Below, one piece after another: positions 53,430 through 62,809 of a stretch of DNA of 64,000 nt. A program made the position numbers and the translations under genes. The DNA lies in contig JAWOBP010000156.1 in NCBI GenBank assembly GCA_046484285.1, forward strand, positions 2,518 through 66,517. The letters are read 5' to 3'. The DNA is from Polyangia bacterium. GTDB lineage: Bacteria; Myxococcota_A; Polyangia; JAAYKL01. Numbering within the stretch: position 1 is the first letter of the stretch; every line of letters begins with the position of its first letter. Below the pieces are notes generated by a model. It saw only the letters and a program-made list of their open reading frames with translations. It did not search any database and was not told where the DNA came from.

Positions 53430-53651
53430 CTCAACAGAGTTTTTTCGGCCCTGGACCTGACCAGGGCGAGCTACGATCTCTCGCGCCGGGTGGTCTACTA
53501 CGATCTGCCCGGGCTCTCGTTCCGCGAGTACCTCGCCTTTCGCCACGGGATCGAGCTGCCCGTCCTGGCGTTGCGCGAAATCCTAGAAAACCACGTCGAC
53601 ATCGGCGCCGACGACCGGATACCGCTCTACCTCTTCGGCTTTCTCTATTGA
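53430..53651 (+). pseudogene. internal fragment (~73 codons, no start) resembling COG1373/DUF4143 AAA-ATPase family
   Basis: High-GC3 frame LNRVFSALDLTRASYDLSRRVVYYDLPGLSFREYLAFRHGIELPVLALREILENHVDIGADDRIPLYLFGFLY-TGA; the PGLSFREYLAFRHGIEL segment resembles the P-x-SFREFL-x-F motif of that family; no in-frame start codon. Confidence 0.3.
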
Positions 53652-53679
53652 AAAGCTTCAGCTGCGGTGTCTGTCTCGG

Positions 53680-55287
53680 CTATGGTGGCGGGGCGGCTCC
53701 TACCGGGTAGTCTTCCTCGGCGGCGAAGCGCTCCTCGAGGTAGCGCATCACCGCCAGCACCTGGTCCTCGCGCCAGTGACGCCCCACGACCTGGACCCCG
53801 ACCGGCATCCCGGCGCTGCCGCGCTCCATCGCGATCGCGTCCCGGATAACGCGGTCCCGGCTCGCGGGACGGTCACTTTCCTCTTCCGCGCCCACGCGCC
53901 CGGCGGCCACCACCCCGGCCGGAAGGCCCACCAGGTTGAACAGGGCCGCGTAGAGGGCCGTGGCCGTCTCGACTCCGTTGCGGTTGCCGTCCAGCCGAAA
54001 GGCGGGCAGCGGGTGGGGCGGACAGACAAGCACGTCGACTCCGGCCCGATCCATCTCGTCGACGAACCTCATCCGGTAGCGGGTACGCTCCGCGGTCAGC
54101 CTCCAGTACTCCCGCGCGCTGCAGCGACCGGAGGCGGACAGCGCCCGTGCCGCGTACTCCTGGCCCGTGGCGCGCATCAACCCGGCAAGCATCCGGCGTA
54201 GCCAAAGAGGCGCGCCTCCCACCCGCAGAATCGCCTCCACGTCGCCGATCGGACGCTCCCCGTCCAGGGCCTCCCGAATCCAGGCTCCGCCGTCCGAGAC
54301 CAGCAGAGAGACGTACAGCCGGGCCGCGTACGCCGGGTCGGGCACGGAGAACCCGGCGACCGGGTTGCCGTTTTCCTCCAGCGCGAGCGCGGCTCGGGCG
54401 ACGACCCGGCGAATCGCCGGGCAGGGAGTGAAGTAGCCATCGTCGACGTAGGTGCCGACGCGGATGCCGTCCACCTCGGAAATCGGTCCCGTGCGCCAGG
54501 GGACCGGAGGGGTCAGGGAGCGCTGCGGCAAAGGCTCGCCGGCGAAGCAGTCCATCGCCAGCTTGAGATCGTCGACCCTTCGCGCCAGCGGACCCGGTTG
54601 GACGATGATCCCCTCGAAGCCGACCAGATCACCGACGTGACCCTCGAAAAACGGGGAGTCGTCGTTGGGCAAACGACCGCCCGTGGGCTTCAGCCCCGAT
54701 ACGCCGCAGAAATGGGACGGAATGCGCACGCTGCCGCCCATGTCGCCCCCCAACCCCAGGGGAGAGCCGCCCGCGGCGATGATCGCGGCCTCCCCGCCGC
54801 TGCTGCCGCCCGGGGTACGACCTTCGTCGAAGGGATTCTTCGCCGGCCCGTAGCGCGCGTGGCGGCACTCGTGGGAGATCAGCAGCTGGGGCACGTTGGT
54901 CTTGCCCAGGATGATCGCGCCGTTCTCCCGCAGGCGGGTCACCAGCGTACCCTGCTGGTCGAAAACCTCATCCGAGCGGTGGGCCAAACCGCAGCTGACC
55001 GGCGTGCCGCTCACGAAGAACTGGTCCTTGATCGTGACCGGCACTCCGAACAGCGGCGGCAGCTCCTCGGACGCGCCGCCCGCCCTGCGCGAGTCCGCCT
55101 CGCGGGCCTCCCTGCGAGCGCTTTCGAACAACGGCACGATCACGGCGTTGAGCCGATCGTTCAACGCCTCTATGCGAGCGATCAGCGCCTCGACGACGCC
55201 GACGGCCGTGGCCTCGCCTTCGCGGATCGCGGCGGCGATCTCCCCCGCGCCCATCTCGGCGATCTTTTCCGATGACACCTGGCACAT
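53680..55287 (-). CDS. amidase-signature family amidase
   Basis: GGSSGGEAA amidase signature, catalytic Lys/Ser region (TIKDQF...), 535 aa; start MCQVSS (aa 30 of ORF) with GGAGG RBS. Confidence 0.8.
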   Translation of the reverse strand: MCQVSSEKIAEMGAGEIAAAIREGEATAVGVVEALIARIEALNDRLNAVIVPLFESARREAREADSRRAGGASEELPPLFGVPVTIKDQFFVSGTPVSCGLAHRSDEVFDQQGTLVTRLRENGAIILGKTNVPQLLISHECRHARYGPAKNPFDEGRTPGGSSGGEAAIIAAGGSPLGLGGDMGGSVRIPSHFCGVSGLKPTGGRLPNDDSPFFEGHVGDLVGFEGIIVQPGPLARRVDDLKLAMDCFAGEPLPQRSLTPPVPWRTGPISEVDGIRVGTYVDDGYFTPCPAIRRVVARAALALEENGNPVAGFSVPDPAYAARLYVSLLVSDGGAWIREALDGERPIGDVEAILRVGGAPLWLRRMLAGLMRATGQEYAARALSASGRCSAREYWRLTAERTRYRMRFVDEMDRAGVDVLVCPPHPLPAFRLDGNRNGVETATALYAALFNLVGLPAGVVAAGRVGAEEESDRPASRDRVIRDAIAMERGSAGMPVGVQVVGRHWREDQVLAVMRYLEERFAAEEDYPVGAAPPP

Positions 55288-55410
55288 GCGCTCCTCCCTT
55301 GCTCGGAGATCCGAATGGACACCGCGGACGCCGAAAAGTTCCGACCGGGAGCAGCGAAAAAAGGCTGCGCTCACTATGCAGGGAAAGAAAGGAGGGGCGG
55401 GGGCGGGAGG

Positions 55411-57498
55411 CTACTCGTCTTCCTCGTCGGACTGGAAGGCCTCGATAACCTTCTGGGCGTTCTCGTGCGGCACCTCGTCGTAGTGGGAGAAGCCGACCGT
55501 GAAGGCGCCCCGGCCGCCGGTCATCGAGTCGAGATCCGGGGCGTACTGCAGCAGCTCTGCCATCGGCGCCTGGGCGCGGATCACCTGGTTGCGCCCGCGC
55601 GCCTCCATCCCCAGCACCTTGCCGCGCCGCGAGCTGACGTCTCCCATCACGTCTCCCATGCACTCGTCCGGCACCAACACCTCCAGGTTCCAGACCGGCT
55701 CGAGCAGGTAGGCGCCGGCCTGCTCGACCGCGACCTTGAACCCCTTGGAGCCGGCCATCTGGAAAGCGCCGTCCGAGGAATCGACGTCGTGGTACTTGCC
55801 GTCGTAGAGCGTGACCCGCACGTCGACCAGCGGGTAGCCGGCGATCACGCCGCGCGCCATGCGGCCGACGATCCCCTTCTCCACCGAGGGAATCCACTGC
55901 TTGGGAATCGCGCCGCCCACGATCTTGTTGACGAACTCGAAGCCCTCGCCCCGGGGCAGCGGCTCGACGTTGATGTAGCAGACGCCGAACTGGCCGCGGC
56001 CGCCGGTCTGCTTCTTGTGTTTGCCCTCCACGCCCTCGACCTTCTTGCGGATCGTCTCGCGGTAGGGGATCTTCGGCGGCGCCAGCTCCACGTCCACCTC
56101 GAACTTGCGCCTCAGCTTGTCGACGGTCGTCTCGATGTGGACTTGGCCCATCCCGGCGATCTGGGTCTCCTGCATCTCTGGGTCGCGGATGATCCTGATC
56201 GTCGGATCCTCCTCGGCGACTCGGTTGAGCGCCTGGCCGAGCTTGTCCTCGTCGTTCTTGTCCTTGGCCCGCACCGCGTAGGTGATGATCGGATCGATCT
56301 CCGGCAGCGAGGGGAAGACCACCTTGCGCCGCTCGTCGCAGACCGTGTCGCCGGTGGTCGTGCTCTTCAGCTTGGCGATCGCGACCACGTCGCCCGGCCC
56401 GGCCGAGTCGACGCTCTGTTGCTTCTTGCCGAGCGGCACCAGCAGCTGCCCCAAGCGCTCCTTCTCCTCCTTGTTGGAGTTGAAGAAGCCCGAGTCGGCC
56501 TCCAGCGTGCCCGACCAGACGCGCAGCACGGTCAGTGTGCCGGTGAACTTGTCCTGGATGCTCTTGAAGACCGTGCCGGCGAACGGAGCTTCGGGATCGG
56601 GCGGGCACTCGACCTCCTCCTCGCCGACCAGGCCCCTGCGCGGCGGTCGATCGGCCGGGGAGGGGTAGAGCCTGCAGATCGCATCCAGCAGCGGCTGCAC
56701 TCCGATGTTCTTTATCGACGAGGTGACGACCGCTGGAATCAGCGCGCCCGAGGCGATCGCCGCCGGCAGCGCCGCGTCGATCTCCTCCTCGGTCAGCTCC
56801 ATTGTCTCGAGGTACTTCTCCATCACTGCGTCGTCGCTCTCGGCGATCGCCTCGATCAGCGCCTCGCGCGCCGACTCGACCTGGTCGGACATCTCGGCCG
56901 GAATGTCGATCTGCTCGACCTTCTTGCCGTCGTCGCCGAAGCGGTAGGCCTTCTGCTCGAGCAGCTGGACCACGCCCGAAAGCGAATCCTCGGAACCGAT
57001 CGGTATCGTCAAAGGAGCGATGTGCTTGGAGAGCACCTCGCGGGCCCCGTCGAACGAGCCCTGGTAGTCGGCCCGCTCGCGATCCATCTTGTTGATCACC
57101 AGCAGCCGCGGCTTGTCCAGCTCCTCGGCGAGCTGCCACATCTTTTCGGTCATGACCTGCACGCCGTCCACCGCGGAGACCACCACCGCGGCGATGTCGC
57201 TGGCGGCCAGAGCGTTTCTGGCATCGAAAAAGAAGTTGTTGTCGCCGGGAGTATCCGAGATCTGGATCTTCTTCTTGTCCCACTCGACCGCGGCGAACGC
57301 GGTCGAGATCGAGTTCTGGCGCTTGACCTCCTCGGGCTCGAAATCGAACGTGGAGGTCTCGTCGAGCACGCTTCCCAGGCGAGTCGTCACGCCGGCGTCG
57401 AAGAGCATCGCCTCTCCGAGCGAAGTCTTTCCGCTGCCGCCGTGTCCCACCAGGCAGATGTTGCGGATGCTCGTCGTGTCGTACTTTTTCATGGTCAC
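55411..57498 (-). CDS. elongation factor G-family GTPase (EF-G paralog, not in str operon)
   Basis: G1 NICLVGHGGSGKTSL, G3 DTPG, NKMD; full five-domain length 695 aa; atypical G1 (GHGGSGKTS instead of AHIDAGKTT). Confidence 0.8.
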   Translation of the reverse strand: MTMKKYDTTSIRNICLVGHGGSGKTSLGEAMLFDAGVTTRLGSVLDETSTFDFEPEEVKRQNSISTAFAAVEWDKKKIQISDTPGDNNFFFDARNALAASDIAAVVVSAVDGVQVMTEKMWQLAEELDKPRLLVINKMDRERADYQGSFDGAREVLSKHIAPLTIPIGSEDSLSGVVQLLEQKAYRFGDDGKKVEQIDIPAEMSDQVESAREALIEAIAESDDAVMEKYLETMELTEEEIDAALPAAIASGALIPAVVTSSIKNIGVQPLLDAICRLYPSPADRPPRRGLVGEEEVECPPDPEAPFAGTVFKSIQDKFTGTLTVLRVWSGTLEADSGFFNSNKEEKERLGQLLVPLGKKQQSVDSAGPGDVVAIAKLKSTTTGDTVCDERRKVVFPSLPEIDPIITYAVRAKDKNDEDKLGQALNRVAEEDPTIRIIRDPEMQETQIAGMGQVHIETTVDKLRRKFEVDVELAPPKIPYRETIRKKVEGVEGKHKKQTGGRGQFGVCYINVEPLPRGEGFEFVNKIVGGAIPKQWIPSVEKGIVGRMARGVIAGYPLVDVRVTLYDGKYHDVDSSDGAFQMAGSKGFKVAVEQAGAYLLEPVWNLEVLVPDECMGDVMGDVSSRRGKVLGMEARGRNQVIRAQAPMAELLQYAPDLDSMTGGRGAFTVGFSHYDEVPHENAQKVIEAFQSDEEDE

Positions 57499-57658
57499 CC
57501 TCCGAAAAGCCGCGGCCGCGACACCGCGCCCGCAATGGCAAGGACCCCGCTATGTAGATCATCTAACGAGGGGCCGTCAATCGCTGCGCACCGCTTTTTG
57601 GGGATTGCCCGTCGATTGTCGAGGCAGGCGGGGTGCGAGGAGCCGACCGCGCCGGATC

Positions 57659-57892
57659 TCAGTACTCGCCGACGGCGTTGCCGCAGTAGGTGTGGAGCAG
57701 CCCGGATATCTCCTGCAAGTCGGGATCGGAGGTCTCCTCCGCGGCCTCGTCGAGCACGCCGGTGGCGAACTCGCACTCCGCCTGGGCCGCGTCGTGGTCC
57801 GACGACTGCAGCGCCATCGTCACCTTGGCCAGCGCCTGTACGTAGACCACGATCGAATCGCCCTTGCGCAGCTGCTCGCAGGGACCGTCCAC
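57659..57892 (-). CDS. possible small acidic protein (77 aa)
   Basis: Very high GC3 (~90 %) in this frame; GTG start with weak GGAG; just upstream of the EF-G paralog on the same strand. Confidence 0.3.
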   Translation of the reverse strand: MDGPCEQLRKGDSIVVYVQALAKVTMALQSSDHDAAQAECEFATGVLDEAAEETSDPDLQEISGLLHTYCGNAVGEY

Positions 57893-58082
57893 CAGCTCCT
57901 GCAGCGTCGAGGAGAGCGAGACCTCGCCCGGCTGGCCGCTCAGCGCGGCGGCAGCGTCATCTCCACCTGCACGTCGAGGGCTGTCACCTCCATCATCGAG
58001 TCGCGGAATCTCTTGACTTTGTCGTCGCGGTTTTCATACGATAGCGAGTCGCTACGCTACGCGTAAGCTGAAGGAGGATTAC

Positions 58083-58325
58083 ATGACCGAGCAGCAGCCG
58101 ACAGGCGGCGGTGAGCTGACTCAATACGAGTCGATGTCCGCAATCACGCCCAAGAAGCAGCCGCTGGCGATCATCATCGGCACTCTTCTTTTGCCGCTTG
58201 TCTTGTGGGTGATCAACCTCCTGGCACCCACCGAGGCGGTCGAGGACTTGAAGGAGGGGCAAGAAGAAGAATCGGACAAGGCCGCCCAGACTGCCACCGA
58301 CAACGACCTGGCCGAAGAGATCTGA
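58083..58325 (+). CDS. small membrane protein (80 aa)
   Basis: Strong RBS GAAGGAGG; central TM helix LAIIIGTLLLPLVLWVINLLA; acidic C-terminus. Confidence 0.55.
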   Translation: MTEQQPTGGGELTQYESMSAITPKKQPLAIIIGTLLLPLVLWVINLLAPTEAVEDLKEGQEEESDKAAQTATDNDLAEEI

Positions 58326-58397
58326 AAGTGGCGGCCAGCGCGACCGGATCTCTGCGTCCCGCCGCCGAACCGCTGCCGCAAGACACAGAGTGATGCA

Positions 58398-59228
58398 ATG
58401 TTCCTCGTGAGATTCTGGGGTGTTCGCGGATCCATTCCCACGCCCGGTCCGGACACCGTGGAGATCGGCGGCAACACCAGCTGCGTCGAGGTGCAGTCCG
58501 GCGAGCAGATGATCATTCTCGACGGCGGCACCGGGCTGCGGCTGCTGGGGCAGCGCATGCTGCAAGACGGACCGCGCTGCGCCGCGATGTTCTTCAGCCA
58601 CGTGCACTGGGACCACATCCAGGGGTTCCCCTTCTTCGCGCCGGCGTTCGTGCCCGGCTTCCGCTTCGAGATCTACGGCGGCAAGAACCTCTCGAGCACG
58701 CTGGCCGAGACGCTCGCCGGGCAGATGAACTTTCCCAACTTCCCGGTCACGCTGGACCAGATGGCGGCCGAGATCTCGTTTTTCCAGTTCGATGACGGGC
58801 AGCGCGTCGATCTCGCGGACGGCACGACCATCCGCGGTCTGCAGCTCAACCACCCCGACGGCGTCTACGGCTTTCGCATCGAGCACGGCGACCGGGCGGT
58901 CGCCTACTGCACCGACACCGAGCACACCGGCGAGCCGGATCGACACGTGCTCGAGCTGGCCCGGGACGCCGAGCTGTTGATCTACGACGCGCAGTACACT
59001 CCCGAGGAGTACGTCGGAGAAGGGGGGAAGCCCTCCAGAGAGGGCTGGGGACACTCCACCTACGTCGAAGGAGCGCGCCTGGCCGAGATGGCGGGCGCCG
59101 AGAGGCTCGTCCTCTACCATCACGATCCCGGTCACGACGACGCCGCGATCAAAGAGATCGAGCGCCGCTGCCGCGAGCTGTTCCCCGAGAGCCATGCCGC
59201 CCGGGAGGGCCTCGCGGTGGAAGTCTGA
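58398..59228 (+). CDS. MBL-fold metallo-hydrolase
   Basis: FSHVHWDHIQG (HxHxDH) and downstream His/Asp ligands; 276 aa. Confidence 0.75.
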   Translation: MFLVRFWGVRGSIPTPGPDTVEIGGNTSCVEVQSGEQMIILDGGTGLRLLGQRMLQDGPRCAAMFFSHVHWDHIQGFPFFAPAFVPGFRFEIYGGKNLSSTLAETLAGQMNFPNFPVTLDQMAAEISFFQFDDGQRVDLADGTTIRGLQLNHPDGVYGFRIEHGDRAVAYCTDTEHTGEPDRHVLELARDAELLIYDAQYTPEEYVGEGGKPSREGWGHSTYVEGARLAEMAGAERLVLYHHDPGHDDAAIKEIERRCRELFPESHAAREGLAVEV

Positions 59229-59232
59229 ACGC

Positions 59233-60969
59233 ATGTCGTACCTCGTCCTGGCCCGCAAGTGGAGACCGCAGACCTTCGAGGACGTGGTGGGCCAGAATCA
59301 CGTGACGCGCACCCTGGCCAACGCGATCGAGATGGACCGGGTGGCTCACGCCTTCCTCTTCTCCGGAGTGCGGGGCGTGGGCAAGACCTCGCTGGCGCGG
59401 ATCCTGGCCAAGGCGCTCAACTGCGAGCACGGCCCGACTCCGCGGCCGTGCGGAGAGTGCGGCTCGTGTCGCACGATCGCGGACGGTGGCGCGGTGGACG
59501 TGATCGAGATCGACGGCGCATCCAACAACTCGGTGGACGACATCCGCGAGCTGCGCGAGACCGTCCCCTACCGGCCGGCGCTGGGGCGCTACAAGATCTA
59601 CGTGATCGACGAGGTCCACATGCTCTCGGCCAGCGCCTTCAACGCGCTACTCAAGACGCTCGAGGAGCCTCCGCCCCACGTCAAGTTCATCTTCGCCACC
59701 ACCGAGCCGCACAAGATCCCGGCCACGATTCTCTCGCGCTGCCAGCGCTACGACTTCAGGAGAATCTCGACCCCGGCCGTGGTGGAGCGCGTGCGCGCCA
59801 TCCTGGACAGCGAGGAGATCGAGGCCGACGAGGAGGCGCTGGCGATCATCGGGCGCGAGGCCGAGGGTTCGATGCGCGACGCGCTCTCGCTGCTGGACCA
59901 GGTGCTGGCCGCGGGAACCGGAAAGCTGAGCGGGACCGCGGTCTCCGAGCTGCTCGGCGTGGTCACGCGCAGGGTGCACTACGACGTCTCCGCGGCGCTG
60001 CTCGCGGGCGATCCGCGCCGCTGCCTCGAAATCGTGCGCGACGTGGATCGCCAGGGTTTCGAGTCGATCTCGTTCACCCGCGGGCTGCTCGAGCACCTGC
60101 GCAACCTGGTGGTCGCCGGCGTGTGCGGCAGCGAGCCGGGTCTGCTCGACCTGCCGGAGGAGGAGATCGCCGAGCTGGCCGAGCTGGCCGGCCGCGTCTC
60201 CAACGCGACGCTGCACCGCCTGTTCAAGCACTTCGCCGAGGCCTACGAGGAGATCGCCCGCTCGGACCACCCGCGGCTGCTGCTGGAGACGACGCTGGCG
60301 CGGCTGGCCGAGATGGGGGATCTGCTCCCGGCCGCGGAGCTGGTGGGGCGGCTCGAGGCGCTGGCCGGCAAGCCCGGCGCGAGCCCCGGCCGCGGATCCG
60401 GCGGCGGGGGAGGCTCGGGAGGCGGAACGCGCAGCGCCGGAAGCGCCAACGAGCGCGGCGGCCGAAACGCCGGCGAGCCGCCGAAGGTGCGAGCAGACGG
60501 AGGGGGTGCGGCGGATCGGGCGCCGCGCCAGGCGAGCCCCGCGCTCCGGGCGGCGCTGGAGATCGGCTCCTTGCGCGAGGCGCTGGCCGCCTTCGCCCGG
60601 GAGAACCCGGCGATCGCCTCGGTCGTGGAGCGCGCCGAGCCGAGCGTCGACGGAGACGATCTGCTGCGCCTCAGATTCGATCGCGACGACGCCTTCGCGG
60701 TCTCGGTAGCCAGCGACGCCGCTCGCCAACGCCAGATCACCGGCTACCTGGAGCGACGCCTGGGACGCTCGGTGCGACTCGAGGTCGAGCTGGGCGACCT
60801 CGGAGGCTGCAGCGCCGCGGCCCGCGAGAAGCTGGCGCGCCAGGAGCGGCTACGAGAAATCGACACGGAGGCTCGCCAGCACCCGCTGGTGCGTGGAGTG
60901 CTCGACGAGCTGGGTGGAAAGATATCGCGCGTTCGACCACAACACATTGAGGAAGGCGAACGCGGCTGA
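59233..60969 (+). CDS. dnaX: DNA polymerase III subunit gamma/tau
   Basis: MSYLVLARKWRPQTFEDVVGQ, GVRGVGKTSLARILAKALNC, Zn-binding CGECGSC, YKIYVIDEVHML, SRCQRYDF; Gly-rich linker then C-terminal domain. Confidence 0.9.
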   Translation: MSYLVLARKWRPQTFEDVVGQNHVTRTLANAIEMDRVAHAFLFSGVRGVGKTSLARILAKALNCEHGPTPRPCGECGSCRTIADGGAVDVIEIDGASNNSVDDIRELRETVPYRPALGRYKIYVIDEVHMLSASAFNALLKTLEEPPPHVKFIFATTEPHKIPATILSRCQRYDFRRISTPAVVERVRAILDSEEIEADEEALAIIGREAEGSMRDALSLLDQVLAAGTGKLSGTAVSELLGVVTRRVHYDVSAALLAGDPRRCLEIVRDVDRQGFESISFTRGLLEHLRNLVVAGVCGSEPGLLDLPEEEIAELAELAGRVSNATLHRLFKHFAEAYEEIARSDHPRLLLETTLARLAEMGDLLPAAELVGRLEALAGKPGASPGRGSGGGGGSGGGTRSAGSANERGGRNAGEPPKVRADGGGAADRAPRQASPALRAALEIGSLREALAAFARENPAIASVVERAEPSVDGDDLLRLRFDRDDAFAVSVASDAARQRQITGYLERRLGRSVRLEVELGDLGGCSAAAREKLARQERLREIDTEARQHPLVRGVLDELGGKISRVRPQHIEEGERG

Positions 60970-61014
60970 CAGCGCCGGCCGGCGTAAGAGCGGCCGGAGA
61001 AAAGGAGGCGGAAG

Positions 61015-61353
61015 ATGGCCAAGGGCAGGGGCAGAGCCTTTCGCGGCGGGTTGTCCGGGCTGATGAAGCAGGCCAACCGCATCCAGAAGAAGCTCGAGAC
61101 CGTCAAGGAGGAGCTGCGCGAGCAGTCCTGGACGGCCGAGGCGGGCGGAGGCAAGGTCAAGGTGACGATCACGGGCGGCAAGGAGATCACCGACATCTCG
61201 ATCGACGAGGAGCTGGTGAATCCCGAGGACGTCGAGACCCTGCAGGACGTGGTGGTCTCCGCGGTCAACGCCGCGGTCACGCTCGCCGAGGAGAAGATCG
61301 AGGAGGCCTCCGAGGGGGTGACCGGCGGAATGCACCTGCCGGGCATGTTCTGA
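61015..61353 (+). CDS. ybaB: nucleoid-associated protein YbaB/EbfC
   Basis: MKQANRIQKKLETVKEEL...GGGKVKVTITGGKEITDISID...; conserved dnaX-ybaB-recR order. Confidence 0.85.
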   Translation: MAKGRGRAFRGGLSGLMKQANRIQKKLETVKEELREQSWTAEAGGGKVKVTITGGKEITDISIDEELVNPEDVETLQDVVVSAVNAAVTLAEEKIEEASEGVTGGMHLPGMF

Positions 61354-61359
61354 GGCGCG

Positions 61360-61950
61360 ATGAGCGGCGCGATCCACGAACTGGCCGAGTTGCTGGCCCG
61401 ACTGCCCGGAGTGGGCAGGAGAACCGGAGTGCGGCTGGCGTTCCACCTGCTGGAGGCGTCGCCCCGCTACTCGGAACAGCTCGGCGAGGCGATCGCCCGG
61501 CTGCACCGGCGCGTGGTGCGCTGCTCGCGCTGCGGCAACCTCGACGATTGCGATCCGTGCGGCATCTGCCAGGATCCCGCGCGGGACGAGGGGACCATCT
61601 GCGTGGTCGCCAGCGTTCCCGACCTGTGGGCGCTGGAGGAGTCCTCCTCTTTTCGCGGTCGCTTCCACGTCCTGCACGGGCTGCTCTCCCCGCTGGACGG
61701 CGTCGGTCCCGAGGATCTCCCGCTCGAGGAGCTGAAAGCGCGGGTCGAGGAGAACGCGGTCGAGGAGGTGATCGTCGCCACGCGGCCGTCGGTCGAGGGG
61801 GAGGCTACCGCGATGCTGATCCGAGAGACGCTGGCGGACAGCCCGGCGCGGGTCAGCCGGATCGCCTCGGGCGTGCCGCACGGGGGCGAGCTCGAGTACG
61901 CCGACCGGGTGACGCTGGGGCGCGCCCTGGACGACCGCCGGGAACTCTGA
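61360..61950 (+). CDS. recR: recombination protein RecR
   Basis: HhH LPGVGRRTGVRLAFHLL, C4 zinc finger CSRCGNLDDCDPCGIC, Toprim domain. Confidence 0.9.
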   Translation: MSGAIHELAELLARLPGVGRRTGVRLAFHLLEASPRYSEQLGEAIARLHRRVVRCSRCGNLDDCDPCGICQDPARDEGTICVVASVPDLWALEESSSFRGRFHVLHGLLSPLDGVGPEDLPLEELKARVEENAVEEVIVATRPSVEGEATAMLIRETLADSPARVSRIASGVPHGGELEYADRVTLGRALDDRREL

Positions 61951-61955
61951 CCGTG

Positions 61956-62750
61956 CGCCTTTCGTTTTCGATCGTCTTACTGCCGGCGCTCGCGCTCGCC
62001 GTCGCCTGCGGACCGGTTCCCAGGCCGGCCGACGCCTACGCCAGTGCGCCGGACCTGCTGGCCGACTTCGAAGACCTCCGTTGTGCCGTGCGCTCGCTGC
62101 GCGCCGCGGGGCGTTTCGACCACTTCGACGAGAGCCGACGCGTGCAGGGCGAGGCCCTGGTCTTCGCCGAGCTGCCCGACCGCCTGCGCGTGGACCTTCT
62201 CTCGCCGTTCGGCTCGACCCTCAGCGTGCTGACCGTGGACCGCGGCGAGTTCGCCCTCTCCGACTACCGCGAGCACCGCTTCTACGCCGGGCCGGCCGAT
62301 CCGTGCAACATCGCCAGGCTGATCCAGGTACCTCTTTCGCCCGAGGACGTGACGCGCGCGCTGGTCGGGCACACGCCGCTGATCGAGGGCGACGCCGAGG
62401 TGCGCTGGGATCCCGAAGGGCGCTACCGCGTGACGATCAGCGACGGGCAAAAAGAGCAGGTCCTATGGATCGATCCGGACAGGCGGACCCTCGCGCTGCG
62501 CCGCTCGCGCCTGAAGGACGAGCGGGGCACGATCTTCGACCTGCGCTTCGATCGCTGGCGGGAGGTGGACGGCGCCGCGATTCCTCACGAGATCGAAGTG
62601 GAGATGCCGCGCGAGGAGGCCCGCTTGCTGCTGCGCTACGACGCGGGCGGCGTCGAGATCAACGTCGATCTGCCCGCCGGCGCCTGGCGGCAGGAGCTGC
62701 CCGCCGGCGCCACGGTCGAGCACGTGACCTGCGCCGATGGCGCTACTTGA
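61956..62750 (+). CDS. lipoprotein, LolA/LolB-like fold suspected
   Basis: GTG start in frame of ORF 61548..62750 giving VRLSFSIVLLPALALAVACG lipobox; beta-rich 260-aa body; family assignment tentative. Confidence 0.45.
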   Translation, partial: RLSFSIVLLPALALAVACGPVPRPADAYASAPDLLADFEDLRCAVRSLRAAGRFDHFDESRRVQGEALVFAELPDRLRVDLLSPFGSTLSVLTVDRGEFALSDYREHRFYAGPADPCNIARLIQVPLSPEDVTRALVGHTPLIEGDAEVRWDPEGRYRVTISDGQKEQVLWIDPDRRTLALRRSRLKDERGTIFDLRFDRWREVDGAAIPHEIEVEMPREEARLLLRYDAGGVEINVDLPAGAWRQELPAGATVEHVTCADGAT

Positions 62751-62809
62751 TTGACGCCGGGTCGACCACTATTGTCCAAAGCTCCAGTAAAGCTCGAAAG
62801 GAAGACGAG

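Noticed and set aside
59233-60969. Programmed -1 frameshift site in dnaX (gamma/tau)
   Set aside because: There is no A AAA AAG-type slippery heptamer or downstream stem-loop in the gene. The Gly-rich linker is simply low complexity.
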